This document shows, one piece after another, positions 46,090-57,229 of a stretch of DNA of 64,000 nt (its first letter is position 1; every line of letters begins with the position of its first letter). The position numbers were made by a program, and so were the translations under genes. The notes under the pieces are model-generated. The model was given only the letters and a program-made list of their open reading frames with translations. It had not been told where the DNA came from and did not search any database. Location of the stretch: positions 1,504,001-1,568,000 of the forward strand of contig CAVYRF010000001.1 in assembly GCA_963770895.1 (NCBI GenBank). The letters run 5' to 3'. The DNA comes from an uncultured Acidobacteriota bacterium (GTDB lineage Bacteria; Acidobacteriota; Thermoanaerobaculia; Multivoradales; UBA5704).

Positions 46090-48087
46090 ATGACCATTGG
46101 GCGCGCTCTGGCCCTGATCCCACTCGTCTCGCTGCTGATTCTGCCGCTGCCCGCGCAGACGCCGTCCCCCTCGCTCCTGGTGGACCGCATCGGCGCCCGC
46201 GGCTATCTGCAGGTCGAGGCCCCAAGCTATTCCAGGCTGCCGCTGCGCGAGAAGCTCGTCGCCTGCCACCTGTACCGGGCGGCGGTGCAACTCGATCCCA
46301 TCTTCTACGACCAGATGTCGGCTTACGGGCTGACGGCCAAGCGGCTGCTGGGCGCGATGGTCGAGCGTCCGGAGCGGCTGCCGGAGGGGGCCCGCGCGGC
46401 GATCATCGAGTATACGAAGCTCGTCTTCGGCAACCACGGGAACCACAACGAGGTCACGGGGGGAAAATTCATCCCCACGATCTCGTTCGAGGAATTCTCC
46501 CAGGCCGCCCAGCAGGCGCGCGCGAAAGGGGCCGAGCTCGGCACCCAGGTCCAACTCGCGCAGACGCTCGAGTCGCTCCAGGCCCCGCTCTTCGATCCCA
46601 AAGTCCAGCCGCGGCTCACCACCAAGAACCCGCCGCCGGGCGAGGACATCCTCACCGCGTCGGGCAACAACTACTACCAGGGGGTCAAGCTCGACGACCT
46701 CAAGGGATTCACCGAGAGATATCCCCTGGATTCCCGCCTGGTCAAGAAGGACGGCAAGCTGGTCGAGGAGGTCTACCGGGCCGGCACGCCGGACGGCAAG
46801 GTCCCGCCCGGCCTCTACGCCAAGGAGCTGCGGGCGGTCAACCGCGAGCTCGAGGAGGCGGCCCAGTCCGCTGATCCCGGCCTGGCCAAGGTGCTGCGCG
46901 CCCTGGTCCGCTTCTATCAGACCGGCGATCTCAAGGACTGGCACGATTTCAACGTCCACTGGATCCAAAACGACGAGGAGGTGGATTTCGCCTCCGGCTT
47001 CATCGAGGTCTACCGCGACGCCCGGGGGATCAAGGGGTCGTCGCAGATGGTGGTGGCCGTGGTCGACCAGGAGCTCGCGCCGCTGATGCACAAGCTGGCC
47101 GACAACGCCGTCTATTTCGAGCGCAAGGCGCCGTGGGAGGAGCGGTTCAAGAAGCTCGACGTCAAGCCGCCGGTCGGCAAGGCGATCGAGACGCTGATCG
47201 CCAGTGGCGATTTCAGCGTCGCCACGACCGGGGACAACCTGCCGAACGAGCAGGACATCCGCGAGAAATACGGCACCAAGAGCATCATGCTGACCTCCAC
47301 GATCAACGCCGTCAACGCCACGCGCGGCGCCAAGGCGGCGATCGAGTTCTCGGACGACCCGGAGGCGGGAGACCTCTTCTACCGCTACGGCATCACGGCG
47401 GACAAACTCCACACGGCGCTGCACGAGATCATCGGCCACGGCTCGGGCAAGGTGGCGGTGCCCAAGGAACCGTCGACCTACCTCCGCGAGTACTTCTCGA
47501 CGCTGGAGGAGGCGCGGGCCGACCTGGTGGCCTACTGGAACATCTACGATCCCAAGCTGGCCGAGCTCGGCGTGAAGGACGTCCCCGAGGTGGGCCGCGC
47601 GCTCTACCGGCAGATGGCGCGGGCTGGCCTCACGCCGCTCAAGAGCTACCCCACGGGGGACACGATCCAGTCGGACCCCGACCGCGCGCGCATGCTGGTG
47701 GCCAACTATCTGATCGAGGCCGGGGCCCTGGAGCGGGTGAAGAGGAACGGCCACTGGTACGTCGACGTGAAGGATTACGACAAGGCGCACGAGGCGGTCG
47801 GCAAACTGCTCGCCGAGCTCATGCGGATCAAGGCCACCGGGGATTACGACGGGATCAAGAAGCTGATCGACACCTACGGCCTCCACTTCGATCCGGCGGT
47901 GCGCGACGACGTGATCGCCCGCTACAAGAAGATCGACACTCCGATCTACCTCTCGGGCGTCTTCGCGGACCTGGCCCCCATCAAGGACCAATCGGGGAAG
48001 GTGACCGACGTCGCCATCTCCTACCCCCGTGACTTCCTCGCCCAACAGCTCGCCTGGGCGCGGGAGAACGGGACGTTGGGGCTTTAG
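46090..48087 (+). CDS. Secreted dipeptidyl peptidase III (family M49)
   Basis: GGAGGA RBS and signal peptide; 'GDNLPN', Zn motif 'HEIIGH', 'EEARAD'. Confidence 0.88.
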   Translation: MTIGRALALIPLVSLLILPLPAQTPSPSLLVDRIGARGYLQVEAPSYSRLPLREKLVACHLYRAAVQLDPIFYDQMSAYGLTAKRLLGAMVERPERLPEGARAAIIEYTKLVFGNHGNHNEVTGGKFIPTISFEEFSQAAQQARAKGAELGTQVQLAQTLESLQAPLFDPKVQPRLTTKNPPPGEDILTASGNNYYQGVKLDDLKGFTERYPLDSRLVKKDGKLVEEVYRAGTPDGKVPPGLYAKELRAVNRELEEAAQSADPGLAKVLRALVRFYQTGDLKDWHDFNVHWIQNDEEVDFASGFIEVYRDARGIKGSSQMVVAVVDQELAPLMHKLADNAVYFERKAPWEERFKKLDVKPPVGKAIETLIASGDFSVATTGDNLPNEQDIREKYGTKSIMLTSTINAVNATRGAKAAIEFSDDPEAGDLFYRYGITADKLHTALHEIIGHGSGKVAVPKEPSTYLREYFSTLEEARADLVAYWNIYDPKLAELGVKDVPEVGRALYRQMARAGLTPLKSYPTGDTIQSDPDRARMLVANYLIEAGALERVKRNGHWYVDVKDYDKAHEAVGKLLAELMRIKATGDYDGIKKLIDTYGLHFDPAVRDDVIARYKKIDTPIYLSGVFADLAPIKDQSGKVTDVAISYPRDFLAQQLAWARENGTLGL

Positions 48088-48112
48088 CCCCCTCGGACCG
48101 CTGGCATTACGC

Positions 48113-48130
48113 TTTCCCAGGCCTGGGAAA
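48113..48130. terminator. Perfect 18-bp palindrome downstream of the peptidase gene
   Basis: TTTCCCAGGCCTGGGAAA. Confidence 0.45.
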
Positions 48131-48228
48131 TCATAGGCGAAAGCCAGCTCGAGCGCGAGCATGGGAACCGAACCGCCGAAGCTGCCGCGCTTCATCTCAA
48201 AGCGGCGATCGCGATGCGCGCCGGCAGT

Positions 48229-48506
48229 TGACGTGCCCCCCTGAAACTGGCCAGGCGATAGAGTGAGTCCTCCGGCAAAGGCAGTGCCTGGAGGAAGCGA
48301 TGAGGAAAAGTCGGTTCACGGAAGAGCAGATCATCCGGGTGTTGAAGGCGGCTGAAGCTGGAGAAAAAGCCACGGACCTGTGCCGGAAGCACGGCATTAG
48401 CGAGCAGACTTTCTACCGTTGGAAGGCCAAATTTGGCGGTATGGACGTCAGTGAAGCGCGGCGGACGGCTCTCACGCTCGCGGCCTCCTGGCGACCGGCG
48501 GTGTAG
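48229..48506 (+). mobile_element. IS3-family remnant: left end plus truncated OrfA
   Basis: TG-start end TGACGTGCCCCCCTGAAACTGG. OrfA 'MRKSRFTEEQII..LCRKHGISEQTFYRWKAKFGGMDVSEARR' (48300-) breaks off; no OrfB. Confidence 0.85.
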
Positions 48507-48791
48507 GCGTTGCTCGCGCCGGCCGACAGTCCAGGGTGGCAGGTGGCTGACCCGCCTGCGGCGCTGGCTGTGGCCGCGGTAGCGGTGCTTTCTCGGCGGC
48601 GTGAGCGCCCGGCCGCTTCCGGGGCCTCTAACGGCTCTCCGCTTTGTCAAACAACCAATCTTTGATGAAGTCGATATCTTCGCGGAGCTCTGACCCAGCG
48701 CACAAATCCGTCCTGGGCCTGTCGGTCCATGGCTGACCTGTTCCATAGTAAATGAATGGTAGCAAGGCTTGATCAATCAAAATTGGAGCCA

Positions 48792-49601
48792 TTAGCTCGC
48801 GAACGGCGCGCGCTGTTTCGGCGAGCAAGCTGTGCGCGAAATCACCAACCGCCTCCGCCTGACGGCGAGTTCAGCCGGTTTACCCCCAACCATGAGCATC
48901 TCAACCGTACCGTCAATGTTGGTTGAACAGTCGCTCGCCTGAGTCATTGCTGTCACGCTCAGTTGAGCCATTATCCGGAACCGCTTGGAGGGGTTCTTAA
49001 CAAGCACATATTGCTCCGTAGTCTGCTTCCCGCTTACTGCAGTGGTGGTTCTAGTGGTGCTCAGCAACTTCAATGCTTCCCGCCTGCCTTGCTGCGCTGC
49101 ATAATCAGACGGGGTGTTGCCCTTCTGGTCTTCAGCATGGGTGTCAGCACCGTTGGCCAGCAGCACTTTCACTACGTCGGCCTTGCCGAGCAGTGCGGCT
49201 ACATGTAGGGCGGTCATGCCATTAAGGGATTTAGCGTTGATGTCTGCCTTATGTGCGAGCAGCAGGGCCACAAGAGGTCCCTGTCCATCGATTTCGACCT
49301 TGCCTCCCATTGCGGCTAATATCAGGGGTGTCGCGCCATTGTTTTCTCTCGCGTTGACATCCGCTCCCTTGGAAAGCAGGAACTCCGCAACGTCCGTGTG
49401 GGACGTGAAGACAGCTTCGTGCAAGGGTGTATTGCCAGATGCGTCCTTACTGGAGATAGCTACCGGATCGCGCGCGAGCAGAGACTTCACCTTCGCAAGA
49501 TCGCCTTGCTTTGCTGCGTCATGTATCTCGCCACAAAAAGCGACAGTGGGCAGGATACCATCCGTGGCGCTCCGGCCGCGCCGCTGTAAGCGGTGCAGCA
49601 A
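48792..49601 (-). pseudogene. Ankyrin-repeat protein, probably truncated at both ends
   Basis: Repeats 'GNTPLHEA', 'GATPLILA', 'GMTALHVA', 'GNTPSDYA'. Lower GC and no clear start. Confidence 0.7.
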
Positions 49602-49807
49602 CGGTTCGCCTCGAGGTGAACGTCAAGAGAGCCTGCGTCCGGGCGGCGCGTTCCTCGCCAGGTCTGCGAGGTGACGCAGGCGGGCAGCTGAAGCCTTGCT
49701 ACGGCTCCAGGTGGGTGACATGGAGCACGGTCCGAGCGAAACCAACGGCGCCGCGAGGCCGCCTGCAACGGTGGGTGGTCCTTGGCTAACATAGGGCTCC
49801 TCCGCCC

Positions 49808-50469
49808 ATGTGGATGCTCCCGCCCAACGCCAACCGCCTGCCGCGCAGCGGCGAAAGCGCGACAGAACTTTGGCTGCGAGCGCGACCGCTGGCGGGGACG
49901 GCGGCGGAGGCGTATCTCGAACGGCGGCGGGTGGCGCTGGCGGTGGCAGCGGCGGCTGAGGTGCGCTACACGGACGACTTGAACGGACGCCCGGCGGTGC
50001 TGGGCCGGCTGGTGGGGCCGCAGGGCGAGTTGCGGGCGGTGCACGGACGGCACCTCGAGGTGCGGCGAGGCGAGGGGAAGATGTTCACGGTGGGCGAGGC
50101 GGGCGGGGTGTTCGTGACGCTCGATGGCCTTGCCGCGGCGCCGCTGGTGTTGGTCGAAGGGATGTTCGATGCGCTTTCGGTCGGCGGCGGTGGCCTGGCG
50201 TGCGTGGCGACGATCGGGCGCTGGGTGGATTGGCTGCCGGCGGCGGCGCGCGGGCGGGAGGTGTGGCTGGCTTTCGACGCCAACCGGCCGGGGGAGCGGT
50301 CGGCGCGGGAGTTCGCGGCGGCACTGGCGGCGGCGGGAGCGGACTGCCGGCGGCTGCGGCCGCCGAGCGGTCACGGTGACTGGAACGCCGAGGCGCGGCG
50401 CCACGGCGCGGCGAGCCTGGCGCGGTGGCTGGAGCGACATGCTGCCGGCTCACTCGAGGAGGTGCGGTG

Positions 50470-50470
<1 letters not shown>
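49808..50470 (+). CDS. TOPRIM-domain (primase-like) protein, likely N-terminally truncated
   Basis: '[13 protein letters not shown]', '[11 protein letters not shown]', 'VWLAFDAN..G', 'RLRPP...GDWN'. Confidence 0.7.
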
Positions 50471-51036
<566 letters not shown>

Positions 51037-51151
51037 CGTCGGGTCCCGCCACGCCGCTGAGGACCACGCAGAGGCTTTGAAGCGGGCGGCCGACCGGGCC
51101 CGCCGCCCGCTGGCGAATTGGATGCCCGACCGCCGCTCCGCCGGCCGCGGT

Positions 51152-54100
51152 CTAGAAAGCACCGGTATCGGCCACGCTGGCCAGGTTACCGGCTGGGTTG
51201 GTGTATGTGCGCACGGCGCCGGTCTGGGTGTCGATGACGGTGATGGTGTAGGCGACGTTGGAAAGCGCGCCGTAGAACACCCAGAACTTGCCGTTGACCG
51301 CCACGCCGTCGAGCACCTTCAGCATGACCTCCACGTTGTCGGCGGCGAAAAACCACAAGTAGCCGGTGTCGCCGCTGATCGGCACTACCGAGGCGGTGCC
51401 CTGGTTGCCTGCCGAGTCCTGCCAGGCGGCGGTCACGGCGAAACGGCCACCCTGCAGGCAGAGGCGGTTGGACGCGGGCGCACAGCCGCCGGCCGCCGCG
51501 AGCGATGCGGCGGCGGGCGGGGCAAGTTGGACGATCCGCGCCGTGCCGGGGCGGCCGGTGGGACCCTGGGTGACGGTGCCGGCCGCGTTGGCGTCAAGGG
51601 GGTCGAAGGCGGTGGTATCAGCAACGCTGGCCAGGAGGCCGTATGGGTTGACGTAGCGGCGCGCTGCGCCGGTCTGGGTGTCGGTTTCGGTGATCTCGTA
51701 TTGAACGTTCGACAGCGCGCCGTAGAAGGTCCAGAAGTGACCGTTGACGCCGCGGCCGTCCAGGGTCTTCAGCACCACCTCGACGTTGCTGGGATCGAAA
51801 AACCAGAAGTAGCCGGTGTCATCGGTCAGCGCCACGGCCTGCGCATCGCCGGCGTTGCCCGTCGCATCCTGCCAGCTTGCCGTGACCGAGAAGCGGCTGC
51901 CGGCCAGGCAGAGGGCTCGCGCTGTCGGCTGGCAGCCGGCGCCCGCCGCGAACGGGTAGACCCACAGCTCGTCGCCGTGCAGGCCGTCGTCGGCGCCGAA
52001 GTAGAGCTGGTTGCCGGCGACCGCCAGCGCGTTGGGGCTGGACGACGCGGGGCCGGGCTGGATGTCCTGCACCAGGTGGGTGCCTGCCGCCGTGCCGTCG
52101 CTCTGCCAGAGCTCGGTGCCGTGCACCAGGTCGTTGGCCGCAAAGTAGACCAGGCCGCCCGCCGCGGCGAGCGACATCGGGTTGGACGACGCCGTGCCGG
52201 GCGCAATGTCGGCCACCAGGACGGTGCCGGCGGCGGTGCCGTCGGTCTTCCACAGCTCGGTGCCGTGCGACGCGTCGGCGGCGGCGAAGAGCAGCGCCCC
52301 GCCCAATGGCGCGAAGTCGGCGGGGACGGGCTCCGGCTGCGGCTGCTGGGACGTCGTCTCGGCGAAGGGCGGAGCGACCGGCTGCAGCAGCACGGTGCCG
52401 GCGGCGGTGCCGTCGGTGCGGAACAGGCCGCGCTGGGCGCCGTTGCCGGTGTAGGCGAAAAACAGCAGACCACCGGCGAACCCCGTCAGGTCGGTGGCCT
52501 CCGCTCCCAGGTTCAAGGCCTGGTCGGCCTGCGGCAGAAGCGGCGCCGTGCCGGCGACGGTGCCGTCGGAGCGCCACACCGCGCCCTGGTGCGTGAAGTA
52601 GAGGGCGCTGCCGATCGCCACCAGCTGGGCGAAGCGCACGATGTCGGCGTCCCGCGGGATCTGCGTCAGCTGCCGGGTGCCGGCGGTAGTGCCGTCGGAC
52701 ACCCACATCTGGTCGAAAGGATTGGTGCCGCAACCGCCGTAGAAGTAGAGCAGCGGTCCGGCCGGCGTCAGCTGCTTTGCCGAGCACGACACCGGCAGCC
52801 ATGGCAGTGGCACCGTGCCCGCCGCGGTGCCGTCGCTGCTCCAGATCGGCGCTCCCGTGGCGGGCGGATCGGTCGAGTTCATGTACAGCCGGCCGGAAAA
52901 CGGCACCAGGCTGGTGATGAACCCGGAGAAGTTGGTCACCTGCCGGGTGCCGGCAGGGGTGCCGTCGGTGCGCCAGAGGTTGGTGGACAGGAAGTACAGA
53001 TCACCGTTCAGGGTCAGATAGCTGGGCGGCGTGAAGCTATCCACCGTCACCGGCAGCTGTTGGGGAACCGTGGAGCGCGCGCCGTGCACCCCGAGCGACC
53101 AGAACGTCTGGTTGGCGACGAAGACGATGCCGCCGCCATAGGAGACGATGTCGGACGGCGACGACGAGGCGTTTTCGGAGCTCTGCACCGTCAGCTGCTC
53201 GAGGCCGCCGGACGGCGTGTCATAGACCCAGAGCTGGTCCGCCGGGCCGCCGGCCCTGATGATCGGTACGGCTTCCACGAACAGGCGCCCGCCCGCCGTC
53301 GCACCCAGATCCGGGAACTGGACCGACGCCAATTGCAGCAGCAGGTGCGTGCCTGCCGGCGTGCCGTCGGTGATCCAAAGGGCGGAGGAGCCCACCACCG
53401 GCCAGGTGAAAAGGGCTTGGCCGGCAAACCGCGTCAGGCCGACCACGCCGGATCCCACGTTCCCGGTCAATAGGATCCTCGTCCCAGCGGCGGTGCCGTC
53501 GCTCGTCCACAGCGAGGAGGTGGACGGGGTTGACGAGCTGAACACCGCCCGGCTTCCCGCCGGGACCAGGACGCTGCTCGGCGGCACGGCCGGGCAACCG
53601 CCGGGGCAGCCGCTGAGCGGCGCCGCCTCGCCGGTCGTCCCGACCGTCCACAGGCCCTCGGGGTGTGTGCCGTCGCTGGCCAGGAAGAGCACGCGCGTTC
53701 CGACCTGCACCAGGACGCGGGCCTGGCCCTGGGCGCCGGGGCTGCCGAAGGCGGCCGGGACCACAAAGGAGGTCACCGGGCCGGTGCCGGCGGCGGTGCC
53801 GTCGCTGCGGAACAGCTGGTCGCCATGGGTGCCGTCGTTGGCGATGAAGAAGTAGCGGCCGCCGGCAACCAGGTAGCTGTCGGCGAAGTCGAAGCTGACA
53901 TCGGAACCGAAGCTGGTTATGGGGAGGGTGCCGGCGGCGGTGCCGTCGCTGGTCCACAGCTGTTCGCCGTGGGCCGCGTCGGTGGCGACGAAGAAGGCGC
54001 GCGCCGGTGCAGCGAGAAGGGCGAAGGGTTGCCCGACCTGACCCTGCGCGGCGCCGGGGAATCCGTGCACGGCGACTGTACCCGCCGCGGTTCCGTCCGA

Positions 54101-54718
54101 GGTCCACACCACGCCGTCGACGACGAAGAACGCCCGGCCGCCGGCGGCCGCCAGGGAGGGCTGTCGGAAGCTGTCCCCAATGGGCAGCGCGGTCAGCGCC
54201 ATGGTGCCGGCCGGAGTGCCGTCGGTGCGGATCAGCGAGCAGGTCTGGCCGACGTCCGGTGGCACGCAGCCGAACAGGAGCGCCGCCCCTCCGATCGAAA
54301 CCGGCGCCGGCAGCTGGAGGTCATCTTCGAGGAACGGTGCAACGTAGCCCAGCGGGACCGTGCCGGTCACGGTGCCGTCGCTGGACCAGAGCTGGCCATC
54401 GACCTCGAGCAGCGCCGCCTTCCCGGCGGCACCCAGAAACTGATCGATCGGGCAGGTGTCGCAGAACTGATAGATCGGAACCGTCCCCTCGATGGTGCCG
54501 TCGCTGGTCCACAGCGTGTTGTAGACGGCAAACAACATGTTGCTGCCCAGCGCCTGCAGCGCGGAAACCGATTCGGATGGGGAAAAGAGTTCGACCTGAT
54601 CCAGATCCGCCACCATGGATGCGGTCGCCGCCGCGGCCGGCCTGCCCCCGTACGCGATCCCGACCACTGCCCACGGCCAGACGACCCATGCCGCGACCCT
54701 CCGGAGCCTGGAAGCCAC
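51152..54718 (-). CDS. Secreted ELWxxDGT-repeat protein with two C-terminal repeated domains
   Basis: Many 'LWxSDGTxAGT' repeats (ELWKTDGT, ELWQSDGT). Two C-terminal 'LCL.G.RF.VTA.W..DTGY.WFF...NVEV..K.LDG..VNG.FW.FYGALSNV' domains; signal peptide. Confidence 0.9.
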   Translation of the reverse strand: MASRLRRVAAWVVWPWAVVGIAYGGRPAAAATASMVADLDQVELFSPSESVSALQALGSNMLFAVYNTLWTSDGTIEGTVPIYQFCDTCPIDQFLGAAGKAALLEVDGQLWSSDGTVTGTVPLGYVAPFLEDDLQLPAPVSIGGAALLFGCVPPDVGQTCSLIRTDGTPAGTMALTALPIGDSFRQPSLAAAGGRAFFVVDGVVWTSDGTAAGTVAVHGFPGAAQGQVGQPFALLAAPARAFFVATDAAHGEQLWTSDGTAAGTLPITSFGSDVSFDFADSYLVAGGRYFFIANDGTHGDQLFRSDGTAAGTGPVTSFVVPAAFGSPGAQGQARVLVQVGTRVLFLASDGTHPEGLWTVGTTGEAAPLSGCPGGCPAVPPSSVLVPAGSRAVFSSSTPSTSSLWTSDGTAAGTRILLTGNVGSGVVGLTRFAGQALFTWPVVGSSALWITDGTPAGTHLLLQLASVQFPDLGATAGGRLFVEAVPIIRAGGPADQLWVYDTPSGGLEQLTVQSSENASSSPSDIVSYGGGIVFVANQTFWSLGVHGARSTVPQQLPVTVDSFTPPSYLTLNGDLYFLSTNLWRTDGTPAGTRQVTNFSGFITSLVPFSGRLYMNSTDPPATGAPIWSSDGTAAGTVPLPWLPVSCSAKQLTPAGPLLYFYGGCGTNPFDQMWVSDGTTAGTRQLTQIPRDADIVRFAQLVAIGSALYFTHQGAVWRSDGTVAGTAPLLPQADQALNLGAEATDLTGFAGGLLFFAYTGNGAQRGLFRTDGTAAGTVLLQPVAPPFAETTSQQPQPEPVPADFAPLGGALLFAAADASHGTELWKTDGTAAGTVLVADIAPGTASSNPMSLAAAGGLVYFAANDLVHGTELWQSDGTAAGTHLVQDIQPGPASSSPNALAVAGNQLYFGADDGLHGDELWVYPFAAGAGCQPTARALCLAGSRFSVTASWQDATGNAGDAQAVALTDDTGYFWFFDPSNVEVVLKTLDGRGVNGHFWTFYGALSNVQYEITETDTQTGAARRYVNPYGLLASVADTTAFDPLDANAAGTVTQGPTGRPGTARIVQLAPPAAASLAAAGGCAPASNRLCLQGGRFAVTAAWQDSAGNQGTASVVPISGDTGYLWFFAADNVEVMLKVLDGVAVNGKFWVFYGALSNVAYTITVIDTQTGAVRTYTNPAGNLASVADTGAF

Positions 54719-54992
54719 TCGCGCCCTCCTGTAGCTGCTGTACCTGAAGGATGCATTTTAGCATGTGTTGGGTGCAACCCAGAAGCTCCGACGGTGCGGC
54801 CCCCCGCCGCCCGCAGGCGCTCGCAACGCGGCCTGCGATGAGGCGGGGCGCCCCGCAGGGTGGCGATTGCAGCCCAAGGCAAGAGGGGTGACGAGTGGCG
54901 ACCTGGCCGGTGCGTCGCCTCGGCATGGGGGTTGACGCCGGGTGTGCGGTTGCGCAACGCTTGCCGCCCCGAACAGAACACCCGGAGGTCCC

Positions 54993-55229
54993 ATGGCTGA
55001 TTTCAAGGTGACGGTGCTTAGGAATGGCCCGCTGCGCGTCGAGGGCGAGAACCTGCAGATCCACGATCCAGAGGGCAACGCCTACGGGCTCGGCGGCCGC
55101 AGCGTCGTGTCACTCTGCCGCTGCGGCGCGTCGAACAACAAGCCGTTTTGCGATGGCAGCCACAACCATCACGGCTTTCAGGACGATCCGCACGCACGCG
55201 ACCTGCCGCCGCGCAAGCCGAGCGCCTGA
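54993..55229 (+). CDS. CDGSH iron-sulfur domain protein
   Basis: GGAGG RBS; 'NGPLRV', 'LCRCGASNNKPFCDGSH'. Confidence 0.92.
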   Translation: MADFKVTVLRNGPLRVEGENLQIHDPEGNAYGLGGRSVVSLCRCGASNNKPFCDGSHNHHGFQDDPHARDLPPRKPSA

Positions 55230-55313
55230 GCCGCCGCCAGGGACCGCGGCCGCCGACCAGCACCTGCAAACCCGGCGCTGGGTTCCTGGCTGAGCAGGCG
55301 GCTGACGGCGGTG

Positions 55314-55355
55314 CTGCCCACCCGCTCTCCAGGACGGGGAGAGTAGGGTGGGCAG
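55314..55355. terminator. Hairpin between convergent genes
   Basis: CTGCCCACCC/GGGTGGGCAG outer stem and CTCTCC/GGAGAG inner stem. Confidence 0.6.
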
Positions 55356-55384
55356 GAGGGGGCATGTCAGGCGGCAGCGCGGGA

Positions 55385-55603
55385 TCAGCAGGAACGCCAA
55401 TGATCCGGGTTGCCTTTGTCCGTATGACGGACTCGAGCGCAGAGCGGATGATGGCCCTGCGCCTTGGCATAGCGCACCGCTTCTTCCTGCGTGCTGAAGG
55501 GGCCACCTAGAGTCTTGCCGCCTGCCAATTCGAGTACGTAGTCCTCGATCTTGGTTCCTTCTGGACGTCCCTTGGGTCGCGGTTCGACGTAGACATTTGG
55601 CAT
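55385..55603 (-). CDS. Small hypothetical protein (DUF2188-like)
   Basis: 'MPNVYVEPRPKGRPEG..F.TQEEA..AK..GH.P..ARVRH.DKGNPDHWR'; GAGGA RBS. Confidence 0.6.
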   Translation of the reverse strand: MPNVYVEPRPKGRPEGTKIEDYVLELAGGKTLGGPFSTQEEAVRYAKAQGHHPLCARVRHTDKGNPDHWRSC

Positions 55604-55679
55604 GGCCGGGTCCTCGAAGTTGTCGGTTGGTAAAAGCGTAGTTCGTTGCGTGTTGCGTTTTCCGCCCAGGCATTGGGAA

Positions 55680-55994
55680 TCAGCGACGGCGACCGGCACG
55701 TCCGCTGGAAGGGGGTGGAATGGGGCCGGCCTTCGCGGCTCCAGGTCCACTGAAACCTCCGGAATTGCCAGCCTTTTGCCCCTCGAAGCCGTGATTTCCT
55801 GTATTCCCACCATAGCGTGGATCCCCGTTGCCACCGACGCGCTCCGAAGGGATCGGTGTCTGCGTGGTCAAGTTCTCCGATGTGCTCGCCGCCTCCGGAG
55901 TTGACGAATAGCCGCTGCCCGGCGGATCACAAGCTGTCAACACGGCGACGAGAACGAAAAGGACCAGGGATGCGAGAAGAGGCAGCTTTCTCAT
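55680..55994 (-). CDS. Small putative lipoprotein
   Basis: 'MRKLPLLASLVLFVLVAVLTAC' lipobox followed by a low-complexity G/S/P tail. Confidence 0.55.
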   Translation of the reverse strand: MRKLPLLASLVLFVLVAVLTACDPPGSGYSSTPEAASTSENLTTQTPIPSERVGGNGDPRYGGNTGNHGFEGQKAGNSGGFSGPGAAKAGPIPPPSSGRAGRRR

Positions 55995-56023
55995 GGATTT
56001 ACCATCCTTTCATAATAATTGAG

Positions 56024-57229
56024 CTACTGTTCATGGCGAGGGCCAAAAGCACGTTCGAAAAGGCTGTGCGTTGTGACAGCAAGCACGGGCAGCACCGGAT
56101 CGAAGAAGATCGCCAGGTGCCGTAGGAGTAAGTAACTCAGCACGACGGCTGAGCCAAGGAAACCCACGAAATACGCCACCTTCTTAACCTGCCCTGCGCG
56201 GGACGCGAAGAGCACCGCTACCGCCAGCGATAACAGCACTTCGGCGCCTTCGCTGAAATACGCCGGGCTCACCGGGTAGAGCTTGTCGCGCACCAACGCC
56301 TCGACATAGTTGGCGTGCGCCACAACTCCCGGCACCTCACCCACGGGAGTGAGCCAGGTATCGAGGAACGGTCCTCGCCGGAAGGCTTCGGCGTGAGCAA
56401 AACTACCGACAATCACTACCTGATGCTTGACGATCTCGCGCCAAGCGCCGGCCGGTTGCGCCAGCACCAATCCGGCCGCTACCGTGTCGAAGGCGTTTTT
56501 CGGAATGAAGCTGCCAAACAGCTCGGCCTCCGAGATCCGCGTCGCGGTTCCGCGGCGGTCGAGCAGCGCCGCAATCTCCTGAGCGAACGACCGCACGCGG
56601 GCCCCGCTCCCCTGCGCACGGATGGTGAGTGGGATCTGCCGGATATCGAAGCGCAGGTTGAGATAGCCCCAGTAGACATGGGGATTGGTAAACCGGTGGT
56701 TGCTGAAGATACTCGAATCCAGCGCAAAGGTTCCGTGGCGGGAGTCGTAGGAGTGCTGATCGAAGGTCAGCGGCAGCACGACCCAGGCGTTCCGTGTTGC
56801 TTCGACGGCTTCGATCAGCTTTGCGGTCTCCCCGGCGTAGGCGGGGGTCTCGACCAGCCTGCCGTCGAGCACCGGAGAGCGAAAGTTGTAGTCGAGCGCC
56901 AGCACTGCCGGGTTGGCGGCGTCGAGGACCGACACCAGGCGCGCGATGTAGTCGCGCTTGATCGGGATGCGTTGATCCAGCTCGCCGGTCCAGAACTCAT
57001 CGTCGCCGATCGCGACGAATACGACCCGCTGGGCGTACTTCATCTCGTGCCGGTCGGTATGCTCCAGCAACTGGTAGGCGCTGTAGCGCAGGCCGAGGAA
57101 CAGATACCGGTGCTCGATCTCGTAGCTCAGCAACATGCCGCCTGCGATCGCCGCCACCGCGAAGGCCCAATAGCGCCACCCCCGCGCACGGATATCGGAC
57201 GCGATCTTGTCGAGCCGGCCTTTCGTCAC
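56024..57229 (-). CDS. Stand-alone CHASE2 domain membrane sensor
   Basis: N-terminal TM, 'VVFVAIGDD', 'PAVLALD', 'VVIVG', 'D.WLTP.G.VPGV.AHAN', three C-terminal TMs; no output domain. Confidence 0.8.
   Translation of the reverse strand: MTKGRLDKIASDIRARGWRYWAFAVAAIAGGMLLSYEIEHRYLFLGLRYSAYQLLEHTDRHEMKYAQRVVFVAIGDDEFWTGELDQRIPIKRDYIARLVSVLDAANPAVLALDYNFRSPVLDGRLVETPAYAGETAKLIEAVEATRNAWVVLPLTFDQHSYDSRHGTFALDSSIFSNHRFTNPHVYWGYLNLRFDIRQIPLTIRAQGSGARVRSFAQEIAALLDRRGTATRISEAELFGSFIPKNAFDTVAAGLVLAQPAGAWREIVKHQVVIVGSFAHAEAFRRGPFLDTWLTPVGEVPGVVAHANYVEALVRDKLYPVSPAYFSEGAEVLLSLAVAVLFASRAGQVKKVAYFVGFLGSAVVLSYLLLRHLAIFFDPVLPVLAVTTHSLFERAFGPRHEQ

Larger units (their letters stand above)
4934..48087. other. 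Hybrid NRPS-PKS biosynthetic gene cluster with two radical SAM enzymes
   Basis: Contiguous NRPS, PKS, tailoring and transport genes. Translational coupling at 26784 (TGATG), 28232 (ATGA) and 41785 (ATGA). Boundaries are inferred. Confidence 0.9.

Noticed and set aside
48500-49830. Integron cassette array (low-GC genes with AAC/GTT motifs)
   Set aside because: No properly paired attC boxes and no integrase could be identified.
51950-54520. CRISPR-like recurring GTGCCGTCG repeats
   Set aside because: They encode the DGT protein repeats; spacing is irregular and there are no cas genes.
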